From assembly GCA_049860595.1 (NCBI GenBank), contig CP187551.1: a stretch of DNA of 64,000 bases. One strand, written 5' to 3'. Shown here piece after piece: positions 39,471-49,012 of the stretch (the first letter of the stretch is position 1; each line of letters starts with the position of its first letter). A model generated the notes under the pieces. The model saw only the letters and a list, made by a program, of their open reading frames with translations. It was not told where the DNA came from and did no database searches. The translations under genes and the position numbers were made by a program. This DNA comes from Methanocaldococcus sp. 16A. GTDB lineage: Archaea > AGJL01 > Methanococci > Methanococcales > Methanocaldococcaceae.

Positions 39471-41462
39471 TTAATCCACCTCTAAATCCTCTAAAAAGTC
39501 AAAAGCCTCATCCCCATCTTCTAACCTTTTTAATCCCCATTTGATAAAAGCATCTGCTATATCAAATAAATCTGTCTGATAAATAGGATTTCCTTTTTTA
39601 TCTCTTATATAATTCCCGTTTTCATCTTTTACAAAAATATATTCTCCTGAGTTATCTTTAAATGGAATCTTTGAAACAGCAAAAAAGATAGGATAATCTT
39701 TCAATTTTGGATTTCCTCCTTCGTCAAGTTCTTCTTCTTTCCATTTTCTTAAAATTAATAAAGAAGTTTTTACTCCAGCATGTGGTTTAAATGAATTAGG
39801 ATGTAATCCAACTACTGCTAATATTCTTGCTCTTTTCATAATAAATTCTCTAACATATCTTTCTGTAGTATTATTAAAAATCCCTTGAGGTAAAACAATT
39901 GCCAGCCTACCGCCTGGCTTTATCATATCTAAAGCCCTTTCAATAAACAATATGTGTCTTTCAATTTTGCTCTGCTCCTTCTTCTTTTTATTTTCTGGAA
40001 CTATTTTATAATTATTTTTAAACCATGATTCCCTAATTTCCCCCGCAAATGGGGGATTTGATAATAAAATGTCAAAATTAAGTTCTTTAAATTTTTCATC
40101 TCTTACTAAATTTTCTTCTTTTAGATCTGCTTTTAACTTTTCACTCCATTTAACAAACTCCAAAGAATTTTCTTTATAAATATGAGATCTACCATCTCCA
40201 GAAATAAGCATTAAAGCTTTTGCGATTTTAACGGCTTTTTCATCAAAATCTATTCCCCATAAATATTTTCCAGCATATATTATTTTTTCAGCTTCATTTA
40301 AATTATATTTTTCCCAAACATATTGCATTGCATGAATTAAGAATCCAGCACTACCACATGCTGGATCAATAATATATTCATCCTCTCGAGGATTTAACAT
40401 TTTAACTGCAGCATCTATAATTACTCTTGGAGTGAAATATTGACCTTTTTTAGATTTTGAGACTTCTGGAACTAAATATTCAAAAGCATCATCAATTATT
40501 CTTAAATCAGCTCCAAAAAGTTTTAAATTTTGCATTTCTGCAACACAAATATCTAAGTGCTCAGGTTTTAATTTGATTTTATCAGTTTTTTCGAAAATAC
40601 CTGGCCATTGCCTTTTAGCTTTATCAAACAAATCTGATATAACTTTATATGTTGTATTTGGATCTGAATATTTCCTAAATTCAAGAATTTTTCCTTTTCT
40701 TCTTTTGGCTTTATATTCATCGTAAAGTTTTGCATATATTAATTTAAAAACTTCATTAAACACATCTACTCCCGAATTAGCCAAAACTAATTCTTCTAAA
40801 GTTTTTATAATCTCCTTAAAATTTGGTTTTTTTGTTTTATATATCTCCTCTAATTTATCCAAAGTCCATTCTCTTTTTAAAATAATATTGGTTACTTCTA
40901 AAGCTGGATTTTTAGAATCTTTTACTTTTTGATACTCCATATATGTTGGAATATCAGGCAAGTTATCTTCAAATTCTCTTGGATATGGTCTGTATAAAAT
41001 TATTTGTTCTTTTCCATTTATTGCTACACCAATAGGAGAACCTTCCGCATTTAAATAACTTTTTAGCTGAGGAATATTTAATCTTTCATAAGGAGATTTT
41101 ACCTCTACTATAATCCAAGGAGTTATTTTGTCATCTTGATAAACTATTATATCTGCTCTCTTCTTTTCTCTCCCAAAACTGACTTTTTCTTCAATTTTTA
41201 TATTTTCTTTTGGATATTTATAATTATCAATTAATTCATAAAGAAAAAGTTGTCTTACGATTTCTTCAGGTTTTTTCTTATTCTTTGTTTCATCAAACAC
41301 TAATAATTCCTTTTCTTTTGAATCATAACTTTTAATATACCATTTTCCTTTTTCTTTTTCATAAATTTTAATCTTTGGGATATGAGAAACTAATAAAGGA
41401 ACTTCACTTTCAATATTGGGTATTATTTTTAATAGAATATCCATATTTTGTTTTTCATTCAT
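39471..41462 (-). CDS. Fused restriction endonuclease (HsdR-N-like PD-(D/E)xK) and N6-adenine methyltransferase
   Basis: PEEIVRQ, RADIIVY..VEVK, GQYFTP, DPACGSAGF and NPPF motifs. Confidence 0.9.
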   Translation of the reverse strand: MNEKQNMDILLKIIPNIESEVPLLVSHIPKIKIYEKEKGKWYIKSYDSKEKELLVFDETKNKKKPEEIVRQLFLYELIDNYKYPKENIKIEEKVSFGREKKRADIIVYQDDKITPWIIVEVKSPYERLNIPQLKSYLNAEGSPIGVAINGKEQIILYRPYPREFEDNLPDIPTYMEYQKVKDSKNPALEVTNIILKREWTLDKLEEIYKTKKPNFKEIIKTLEELVLANSGVDVFNEVFKLIYAKLYDEYKAKRRKGKILEFRKYSDPNTTYKVISDLFDKAKRQWPGIFEKTDKIKLKPEHLDICVAEMQNLKLFGADLRIIDDAFEYLVPEVSKSKKGQYFTPRVIIDAAVKMLNPREDEYIIDPACGSAGFLIHAMQYVWEKYNLNEAEKIIYAGKYLWGIDFDEKAVKIAKALMLISGDGRSHIYKENSLEFVKWSEKLKADLKEENLVRDEKFKELNFDILLSNPPFAGEIRESWFKNNYKIVPENKKKKEQSKIERHILFIERALDMIKPGGRLAIVLPQGIFNNTTERYVREFIMKRARILAVVGLHPNSFKPHAGVKTSLLILRKWKEEELDEGGNPKLKDYPIFFAVSKIPFKDNSGEYIFVKDENGNYIRDKKGNPIYQTDLFDIADAFIKWGLKRLEDGDEAFDFLEDLEVD

Positions 41463-41634
41463 AGATTATCACCATTATTATTAATTTACTCCCGTATTAT
41501 ATCAAAATTCAAACTTAATAAATTATTTATATATGCGGTTTATTATATTATTTCGTATATTTTAAGTAGAATTACAGATATTGTTAAATATTAACTTTTC
41601 TATTAATCTAATATAATCTAAAATTTAATTTTTT

Positions 41635-42504
41635 GTGATGACTATGATAATTTTAAGAAATGAGATTTGCGATAAATTGGAAAAAATAGTTAAAAATTTA
41701 AAGATAGTTAAACACTGCATTGGCTGTGAAGGGATAGATTTAGAGATAGAAAATCCTCATCATCATCCCTCAATAGAATTAACACAAAAGTGCAATTTAA
41801 ACTGTATTTATTGTTATTCTAAACTAAAAAATGTAAAAAGAGGAATTTATGGAAATTTAGAAGAGGCAGAGGCAGTTACCATATCTCAATATGGAGAGCC
41901 GTTATTGGATTTGGAAGGAGTAAAAAAAGGTATTGAATTTAGTAAAGATTTAGGACTAAGAGTTGATTTACAAACAAATGGTATTTTATTAAATGGAAGA
42001 ATTATAGAGGAATTTAAAGATTTAGGTTTAGATTTGATAATGATTAGTTTGAGCACTTTTAGTAGTGAGAAATATAAATTATTGACAGGAAAAGATTATT
42101 TTGAGAGAGTTTTAAATAATATAAAAATTGCTTCAAAATATTTGCATACAATTGTTAGAGCAATTTATATTCCAGGATTTAATGATAATGAGCTCTTAAA
42201 TTTAGCTAAAGAACTTAATGGCTACGCTGATGAAATTATGGTTCATCAACTCATATCTTACAAAGAGAACTTAAGTTTTTTAAAAAATGCTGGGATAGAT
42301 TTGAATAATTTGGGAAAAATTAGAGATTTACTTTTAATAGTTGATGAAATGCAAAAAAATGTACCTAAAATTAATGTCACTATTAAAGGATGCTTATTAG
42401 TTCAATTAAAGGAGATGGATGGTTTTATATTAAATAATATAACTTATGATGTGTTCTCGGAAGTTCCAGATATTAAAAGAGAATATAAGCCCTTACCATG
42501 GTGA
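41635..42504 (+). CDS. Radical SAM protein
   Basis: CNLNCIYC, GEPLL and QTNG motifs, plus an extra N-terminal CIGC. Confidence 0.9.
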   Translation: MMTMIILRNEICDKLEKIVKNLKIVKHCIGCEGIDLEIENPHHHPSIELTQKCNLNCIYCYSKLKNVKRGIYGNLEEAEAVTISQYGEPLLDLEGVKKGIEFSKDLGLRVDLQTNGILLNGRIIEEFKDLGLDLIMISLSTFSSEKYKLLTGKDYFERVLNNIKIASKYLHTIVRAIYIPGFNDNELLNLAKELNGYADEIMVHQLISYKENLSFLKNAGIDLNNLGKIRDLLLIVDEMQKNVPKINVTIKGCLLVQLKEMDGFILNNITYDVFSEVPDIKREYKPLPW

Positions 42505-42508
42505 TTTT

Positions 42509-43111
42509 ATGGATTTTGAGATTTTTGACACTGATTATATAACAATAATTTTTGTTAAAGATAAATTAGATTATACTGGAAGAGAGATAGAGCCATTATG
42601 GGCATTTAAAACCTTTGATGTCCAAAAAGATAGTATAATTGTTTTTAGAGGTAAGATGAATGTCTCTATAGAGAATATGAAAGATTTGAAAGACATAAAA
42701 AGAGAAAAAGATATAGAGATTCCAATAAAATCAGAAGATGCTATAAATTTTGTTGTAGAGCATTTTGATGCCATTGATTTAAAGACAATATATTTAAGGC
42801 AGAGATTGTTGGTTTTTATAGCTAAGGAAGTAATTGAAAGTTATAATATAAGATTAAAAAGAGATGGAGATGATTTATACTTTGAAGATAAAAAATTATC
42901 TGTTTGTATAGCATGTAAAGGAACTGTTTCAGCAAAAATACATTTGGGGATAAATGTTAAATCTAAAGGAGCAGAGCATGTTAAAATTATTGGATTGGAA
43001 GATTTAGGAATAAACAATGTTAATGAGGTTATGAGAAAGATAGCAATTAAATATGCTGAAGAAATAAATAAGATTGAGAGAGATTTGAGAAAAACATTGC
43101 CATTAATATAA
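42509..43111 (+). CDS. DUF366-family protein (lipoate/biotin ligase-like fold)
   Basis: YTG.EI.PLWA, RDGDDLY, KLSVCIA and KIHLGIN motifs; start adjusted after the GGTGA RBS. Confidence 0.8.
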   Translation: MDFEIFDTDYITIIFVKDKLDYTGREIEPLWAFKTFDVQKDSIIVFRGKMNVSIENMKDLKDIKREKDIEIPIKSEDAINFVVEHFDAIDLKTIYLRQRLLVFIAKEVIESYNIRLKRDGDDLYFEDKKLSVCIACKGTVSAKIHLGINVKSKGAEHVKIIGLEDLGINNVNEVMRKIAIKYAEEINKIERDLRKTLPLI

Positions 43112-43136
43112 TTAAAATGTAATTAGGTGGAATTAA

Positions 43137-44135
43137 ATGCTACACATAATTTACAAATTTTTTATAAATTTCTGGAATTTTTTGAATGATTTAGCTATTT
43201 ATATAATAATTGGATTGTTAATAGCTGGAATTTTAAAATATTTTTTACCTGATGACCTTATTAGAAAACATCTTGGGAATCCTACAACTTCATCAGTTGT
43301 AAAAAGTGTTATATTTGGAATTCCATTACCTATTTGCTCCTGTTCAGTAATTCCAATAGGTGTATCTTTAAAAAGGAGTGGAGCAAATACGGCCTCTGTT
43401 TTATCTTTTTTAATAGCTACGCCTGTAACTGGAATAGATTCTATATTAGTGACTTATGGAGTCTTTGGAGGTATTTTTACAGCTTTTAGGGTTTTATCAT
43501 CTGTTTTTATATCATTGTTTGCTGGAATTTTAGGAAATATTTTTATTAAAGAAGAAAATGAAGAAATAATAAGAAAAAGAAAGGTTAAAAAGAGAAAGAA
43601 GAAGAAAAATTTAAAAAATGCTATTAAAGAGATTATTAACTACTCATTTAATGAGCTTTTTTCACCATTAGCAAAGCCATTATTATATGGGATTATTCTT
43701 GGGGCAATTATCTCTCTAATTCCTATAGATATCTCATCCTATGTGGATAATTTGTTTCTACAGTATATTTTGGTTTTGTTATTATCAATTCCAATTTATG
43801 TTTGTTCAATATCTTCAATCCCTATAGCTTTATCTCTCATTAAAATTGGTTTCTCTCCTGGCTCTGCTTTGATATTTTTAACTGCTGGACCTGCTACAAA
43901 TATTGTAACTATGACAACAATTTATGAAATTTTTGGAAAAAAGGCATTAGCAATATATTTATCCAGCATAATTATTGGTAGTTTTTTATTTGCATTTTTA
44001 TTTGATTATCTTATAGGAGATATTGGTGTTAAAACACCTATTAGCGTCTCTCATCATTTACATATAAGTGAGATATTTGCGGTTATTCTTATTATTCTAA
44101 TAACTTATCATTTAGTTAAACAATGGAAAAAATAA
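43137..44135 (+). CDS. DUF318/ArsP-type permease (putative metal efflux)
   Basis: PICSCSVIP, YVCS and FLTAGPATN motifs. Confidence 0.85.
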   Translation: MLHIIYKFFINFWNFLNDLAIYIIIGLLIAGILKYFLPDDLIRKHLGNPTTSSVVKSVIFGIPLPICSCSVIPIGVSLKRSGANTASVLSFLIATPVTGIDSILVTYGVFGGIFTAFRVLSSVFISLFAGILGNIFIKEENEEIIRKRKVKKRKKKKNLKNAIKEIINYSFNELFSPLAKPLLYGIILGAIISLIPIDISSYVDNLFLQYILVLLLSIPIYVCSISSIPIALSLIKIGFSPGSALIFLTAGPATNIVTMTTIYEIFGKKALAIYLSSIIIGSFLFAFLFDYLIGDIGVKTPISVSHHLHISEIFAVILIILITYHLVKQWKK

Positions 44136-44136
44136 T

Positions 44137-45156
44137 TTAATATATAGGAATTTCTGCCTTACTCAGTTTTTCAAATCTATTCTTTTTAATTAAATATAAA
44201 TCTTCTATCCTTACACCAAATTTATTTTTTAAATATAGTCCTGGCTCAATTGTTATTATCATACCTTCTTTTAAAATAATATTTTCAGAATCTTTTAATT
44301 TATTTGATAATCTTGGCTCTTCATGAACTTCTAACCCAACACCATGCCCTAAAGAGTGGATAAATAGCTCTTTATAATCACCAAAGAACTCTCTAACTAT
44401 ACTATCAAGTTGTTTAGCAGATATCCCTTCTTTTAAATATTCTTCAGCAACTTTTTTTGCTTCATAGACTAAATTATAGATTTTTTTCATCTCTTCATCA
44501 TCTTTTAATAAAAATGTTCTTGTTATATCTGAACAATAGCCATCATAAACAGCTCCAATGTCAATTAATAAAATATCCTCTATTTTATCTTTTGTAGGTA
44601 AAGCATGAGGGAAAGAAGTTTTTTTACCAGAAACAACAATAGAATCAAATGCTGGCTTTATTGAACCATGCTTTTTTATAATATATTCTATCTCAGCCGC
44701 TAATTCATATTCATTTAGATTTTTAACATCATCTAAATTATTTAAAACCCAATTTATGGCTTTATCACTAATCTCAGCAGCTTTTTTAATTAATTCTATT
44801 TCTTCTTTATCTTTAATCATTCTTAGCTCTTTAATTTTGTCGGATATTATTTTATACTTTTTATCAATATATTTTAAATAACTAATTGGTAATTCCTTCT
44901 CAACTCCATCACATCCTTTAAATATCTCCTCCCAGCTTTTGAACTCTCTAATTTCTAAAAAGTTAAAAAGTTCTTCAGCATAATCTTTATCAAGTTTTCC
45001 AACATATAAACATGGCTCTTCTTCAAAAACTAAGATAGAAAAGCTCATAAAGTATTTTCCTAAGAAGTAATTTATGTTTTCTTTTTTAAATATGACTGCC
45101 TTTTTTATACCTTCACTTTCCATATATTTTAAAAATCTCTTAATCCTATTATTCAT
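44137..45156 (-). CDS. Xaa-Pro aminopeptidase/prolidase (M24)
   Basis: DIGA..GYCSDITRT, HSLGHGVGLEVHE, TIEPG and GVRIED motifs; start set at 45156 after GGTGAT. Confidence 0.95.
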   Translation of the reverse strand: MNNRIKRFLKYMESEGIKKAVIFKKENINYFLGKYFMSFSILVFEEEPCLYVGKLDKDYAEELFNFLEIREFKSWEEIFKGCDGVEKELPISYLKYIDKKYKIISDKIKELRMIKDKEEIELIKKAAEISDKAINWVLNNLDDVKNLNEYELAAEIEYIIKKHGSIKPAFDSIVVSGKKTSFPHALPTKDKIEDILLIDIGAVYDGYCSDITRTFLLKDDEEMKKIYNLVYEAKKVAEEYLKEGISAKQLDSIVREFFGDYKELFIHSLGHGVGLEVHEEPRLSNKLKDSENIILKEGMIITIEPGLYLKNKFGVRIEDLYLIKKNRFEKLSKAEIPIY

Positions 45157-45184
45157 CAATATCACCACATCATTTATTGATAAA

Positions 45185-45309
45185 TTATAGTTTTGTGCAA
45201 AATAAATTAACTCTATATGGAAAATTATGGAAAATTTGAATGTTTTCCAAAAGGAAGACATTCAGAATAATACATTATTCATTTTAACCACTTTTGCTCA
45301 AAACTATAA
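45185..45309. repeat. Palindromic intergenic repeat, family A copy 2
   Basis: TTATAGTTTTGTGCAAAA...TTTTGCTCAAAACTATAA; central GAATGTTTTCC-AAAA-GGAAGACATTC. Confidence 0.85.
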
Positions 45310-45321
45310 ACATGTGATATT

Positions 45322-45828
45322 ATGATTATTTATAAGGAAATATCAAAGCTGAATAAAAAATTTCCTTTGCTGAATGAAGAAAAAATACTCTTAGGAACTG
45401 ATGGAAGTGTAACAAATATTTTAGAGATTTTGTTTGAAGATATTTGTATAGTTGAGACAATTAATCAAAAAATTATTGATAACACAAACTATAGGGAGGT
45501 TATTCTTAAAGTTAATGATATCCCATTAGTTTATGCAGTATCAAAAACACCTTTTAAAAACATTGAGGAAGAGAACCTTAGAGAAGAAATAAAAAAGGAT
45601 TTACTCTCTGCAGATATCCCGATAGGTAAAATTATAAGAAAACACAACTTAGAAACAAGAAGGGAGATTAAATCTATTGGTATTGCTGAAATTGATGATT
45701 ATCTAAAATCTCTCTTAAAAACAAATTATAGCAGATTACCAAAAAGAACATATAACATAATATACAAAAATAAGATATTGATGGAAATTACTGAGATATT
45801 TGCTATCAGAGGAAAATTAGTAGATTAA
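45322..45828 (+). CDS. Chorismate lyase-like (DUF98) protein
   Basis: LLGTDGSVT, REVIL, DIPIGKI and ITEIF motifs. Confidence 0.85.
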   Translation: MIIYKEISKLNKKFPLLNEEKILLGTDGSVTNILEILFEDICIVETINQKIIDNTNYREVILKVNDIPLVYAVSKTPFKNIEEENLREEIKKDLLSADIPIGKIIRKHNLETRREIKSIGIAEIDDYLKSLLKTNYSRLPKRTYNIIYKNKILMEITEIFAIRGKLVD

Positions 45829-45919
45829 GAGGCGTTGCTTCCGTAAGGAAGCAATGCATCAATTTTGATGAAACTTTATTAAAGTTTCTTACGGAGATAT
45901 TTGCTATTAGAGGAAAGTT
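45788..45919 (+). repeat. Duplicated gene 3' end enclosing a hairpin cassette
   Basis: 31-bp direct repeat, 45788-45818 vs 45889-45919 (28/31); three hairpins in 45832-45888. Confidence 0.8.
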
Positions 45920-45938
45920 GTAATATTTTGGTGATTTT

Positions 45939-46940
45939 ATGAGAGAGGCAATGTTTTATGAGAAATTAGATGATAATAAAGTTAGATGCAACATATGTCC
46001 AAGACATTGTATAATTAAAAATGGGGAGAGGGGCTTCTGCTGGAATAAACAAAATATAAATGGTACTTTATATGCTGTAGGTTATGGAAAAGTTTGCTCA
46101 TTAGCAATTGACCCAATAGAAAAAAAGCCGTTGTTCCATTTCCATCCAACAACTCAAGTGGTTTCTTTAGCAATTGGAGGCTGTAATTTTAGATGCTTAC
46201 ACTGTCAAAATTGGACAATTTCCCAATTTCCACCAGACCAAATACCATATAGAGAGATGACACCAGAGGAAATAGTTGAGATTGCTATAAGATACAACTG
46301 CCCAGGAATATCTTATACATACACTGAACCAACAGTATATTATGAGTTCATGTACGATACTTCAGTTGTAGCAAGAGAGAAAGGGCTATTTAATGTCATG
46401 ATTACCAATGGTTATATTGAAAAAGAACCATTAAAAGCCCTTCCAGTGGATGCAATGAATGTAGATATTAAAGGAAATGCTGATTTTTATAAAAAAGTAT
46501 GTAAAGCTACTTTAGAGCCAGTATTAGAAACCTGCAAATTAGCAAAAAAATTAGGAATACATGTAGAAGTAACGAATTTAATAGTTCCAGGTTATAATGA
46601 CAATATAGATGATTTGTTATTTATAATACACTTTGTAAGAGATGAGTTAGGAAAAGAAACCCCTCTACATTTTTCAAGATTTCATCCGGACTATAAACTA
46701 ACTGATGTCCTACCAACACCAATAGAAACCTTAGAGATGGCAAGAAATTTAGCTATTGAAGAGGGGCTTAAGTATGTTTATATTGGAAATGTCCCTGGGC
46801 ATGAGGGAGAAAACACCTATTGCCCAAACTGTGGAGCTTTGTTAATAGAAAGGTATATATTCAACGCTAAGATAATTAATTTAGATGTAGAAACAGGAAG
46901 ATGTAAAATTTGTGGAGAGAAAATTGATATTATTATTTAA
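45939..46940 (+). CDS. amrS: AmmeMemoRadiSam system radical SAM enzyme
   Basis: CNICPRHC, DPIEKKPLFHF, GCNFRCLHCQNW and YIGNVPG motifs. Confidence 0.92.
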   Translation: MREAMFYEKLDDNKVRCNICPRHCIIKNGERGFCWNKQNINGTLYAVGYGKVCSLAIDPIEKKPLFHFHPTTQVVSLAIGGCNFRCLHCQNWTISQFPPDQIPYREMTPEEIVEIAIRYNCPGISYTYTEPTVYYEFMYDTSVVAREKGLFNVMITNGYIEKEPLKALPVDAMNVDIKGNADFYKKVCKATLEPVLETCKLAKKLGIHVEVTNLIVPGYNDNIDDLLFIIHFVRDELGKETPLHFSRFHPDYKLTDVLPTPIETLEMARNLAIEEGLKYVYIGNVPGHEGENTYCPNCGALLIERYIFNAKIINLDVETGRCKICGEKIDIII

Positions 46941-46950
46941 TTTAAGAATT

Positions 46951-47012
46951 TAACGCGATGATGAGTGCCGACTTCCCTGAACTGTGATGACACCTGGGAC
47001 AACTGAGCGTTA
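46951..47012 (+). ncRNA. Box C/D methylation-guide sRNA
   Basis: C box ATGATGA 46958, D' CTGA 46977, C' GTGATGA 46984, D CTGA 47003; two 12-nt guides; terminal stem TAACGC/GCGTTA. Confidence 0.92.
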
Positions 47013-47052
47013 CTATTTTTTATTAATTAATTAGAACATATTTGGTGGAATT

Positions 47053-47658
47053 ATGAGATTACTAACCTTAGAAGAGGGAAAATTTGCAGTAAAATATGCA
47101 AGGGCAGTTATAGAAAACTATTTAGCTGGTAATAAAGTAATTATAGAGAATTATCCTCCCATATTTAATGAGAAAAGAGGATGTTTTTGCACTCTCCACA
47201 CATATCCAGATAAGGAACTTAGAGGATGTATTGGGATTCCAGAGCCAATAATGCCTTTAATTGAAGCTTTAAAAGAAGCAGCAATAAGTGCAGCTACAAA
47301 AGACCCAAGATTTATTCCAGTAACATTAGAAGAGATGGACAACATTGTGATTGAAGTTAGTATCTTAACCCCTCCAGAACTTATTAAAGTTAGAAATCCA
47401 AAAGAGTATTTAGAGAAAATAAAAATTGGTAGAGATGGATTAATTATAGAGTATGGATTACATAGAGGGTTGTTATTGCCTCAAGTACCTGTTGAGTATG
47501 GATGGGATGTTGAAGAATATTTAGCTAATTTATGTCTAAAAGCAGGACTACCACCTGATATGTGGTTAGCTGAAGGAGTTAAAATTTATAGATTTGAGGC
47601 ACAGATATTTGAAGAAATTGAGCCAAGAGGAGAAATTTTTGAGAAAAAACTTTTATAA
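47053..47658 (+). CDS. amrA: AMMECR1-domain protein (AmmeMemoRadiSam protein A)
   Basis: LRGCIG, DPRF, EVSILT and GLLLPQV motifs. Confidence 0.92.
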   Translation: MRLLTLEEGKFAVKYARAVIENYLAGNKVIIENYPPIFNEKRGCFCTLHTYPDKELRGCIGIPEPIMPLIEALKEAAISAATKDPRFIPVTLEEMDNIVIEVSILTPPELIKVRNPKEYLEKIKIGRDGLIIEYGLHRGLLLPQVPVEYGWDVEEYLANLCLKAGLPPDMWLAEGVKIYRFEAQIFEEIEPRGEIFEKKLL

Positions 47659-47666
47659 AACCTAAA

Positions 47667-48998
47667 TCAAGATGAAGATACTGCTTTATATATTTTTCTT
47701 GCTTCTTCATCCACTAAATCATAAACTTTTATAACTTCATCAGAAATTATTTTTAAAGTTTCTGTTGGAAAGGTTTCAACGAACACAGAGATTAATTTAA
47801 TATTATGTTCATTTTTAAATTTGTCAAATTCTTTTAAAAACGCATCATTTACTTCAGCATAGCCATCAGTTATCAATAAAATATCTGCATTTTTGAAGGT
47901 ATCGTTTTCGTTTATTATTTTTATTGCTCTATTTAATGGCTCTATGAAATTTGTTCCCCCACCAAAGTATAAGGAGGCAATTTCAATTATTTCATCTATG
48001 GTTATATTCTTAGGGTTTATCTTTTTTTCAAATCTAACTCCATCATCAAAGGCAATATAATATATCTCTCTATTTTCTCTCTTAGCAATCTCTATTAAAG
48101 ATAAAGCAACCGCCTTTCCCCAAATTTCCCTATCTCCATACATTGAACCACTATGGTCTAATAAAACTACAATCGGTCCTTTTTGCTTTTCCAATTTATT
48201 TTGAATATCATAAATTAAGAGCTTTTTATCAACAAATCTTCTTAAAAAGTCATAATACAAAATCTCATCTGAAAAATTCGCAATCTCTTTTGGTAGTAGA
48301 TGCTTTAAATCTCTCCCAATTTTTGTAGAATAAATTTCACCAGAGTAATGTTTAATCTTCGATTTGTATTCATTTATGGCTAGTAATCTTAATTTACCAA
48401 GTTTTTTCACAATCTCTCTAATTTTTTTATTCTGTAGAATTTTATCTGCCAACTTTATTCTTTCATCTGGAGATAACAGCTTTTTATCCCCCTCCCCTCT
48501 ACCAAAATTCTCAACGGCATTAAATCCTTGCATAATTTCAGAAACTTCTTCTGATATGTCTTTCATTGTTTCTTTGGCAGTTTCTTTTAATTTATCTTCC
48601 AATCCTTCTCCTTTTCCTTCAGATATAAATTTTTTTATCTCTTTATTTAGCTTTTTAAGTTTTAGATTTTCAAAAAATTTTTCACAAAACATTATTGTGG
48701 CAGTTCCAGCATTTACTTCATCCAATTCAGTTAAAAGCTTATTTTTTTCATACTCAATATTTTTTATAGCACCTTCTAATATTGCCTTATTTATCTTAAA
48801 TTTTTCTTCAACATGCTCATTAAATTCAACAACATATTTAAAGAAGGCATAAAAGGTATCTTCAGCTAATTTTTCATGGATTGGATGGAATTGAGAATAA
48901 TAGCTAAGGAGTTTTTGCAAATATTTGCTATTCTTTAAAAATCTTTCAAATGCCTTTTTATCATAGGTATCATGTTTTATGACATTTTTCATAAGCAA
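47667..48998 (-). CDS. vWA-domain protein (ViaA-like)
   Basis: MIDAS DHSGSM, GGTNF and ITDG. Confidence 0.9.
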   Translation of the reverse strand: MLMKNVIKHDTYDKKAFERFLKNSKYLQKLLSYYSQFHPIHEKLAEDTFYAFFKYVVEFNEHVEEKFKINKAILEGAIKNIEYEKNKLLTELDEVNAGTATIMFCEKFFENLKLKKLNKEIKKFISEGKGEGLEDKLKETAKETMKDISEEVSEIMQGFNAVENFGRGEGDKKLLSPDERIKLADKILQNKKIREIVKKLGKLRLLAINEYKSKIKHYSGEIYSTKIGRDLKHLLPKEIANFSDEILYYDFLRRFVDKKLLIYDIQNKLEKQKGPIVVLLDHSGSMYGDREIWGKAVALSLIEIAKRENREIYYIAFDDGVRFEKKINPKNITIDEIIEIASLYFGGGTNFIEPLNRAIKIINENDTFKNADILLITDGYAEVNDAFLKEFDKFKNEHNIKLISVFVETFPTETLKIISDEVIKVYDLVDEEARKIYKAVSSS

Positions 48999-49012
48999 TC
49001 ACTTAAAATTGT

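Noticed and set aside
45157-45261. N-terminal extension of the Xaa-Pro peptidase in the ORF track
   Set aside because: It runs through a palindromic repeat, and a GGTGAT RBS supports ATG 45156.
46965-46976. Assigning the D' guide to a specific LSU rRNA site
   Set aside because: GGAAGUCGGCA resembles an LSU segment I recall from eukaryotes, but I cannot confirm this organism's rRNA sequence.
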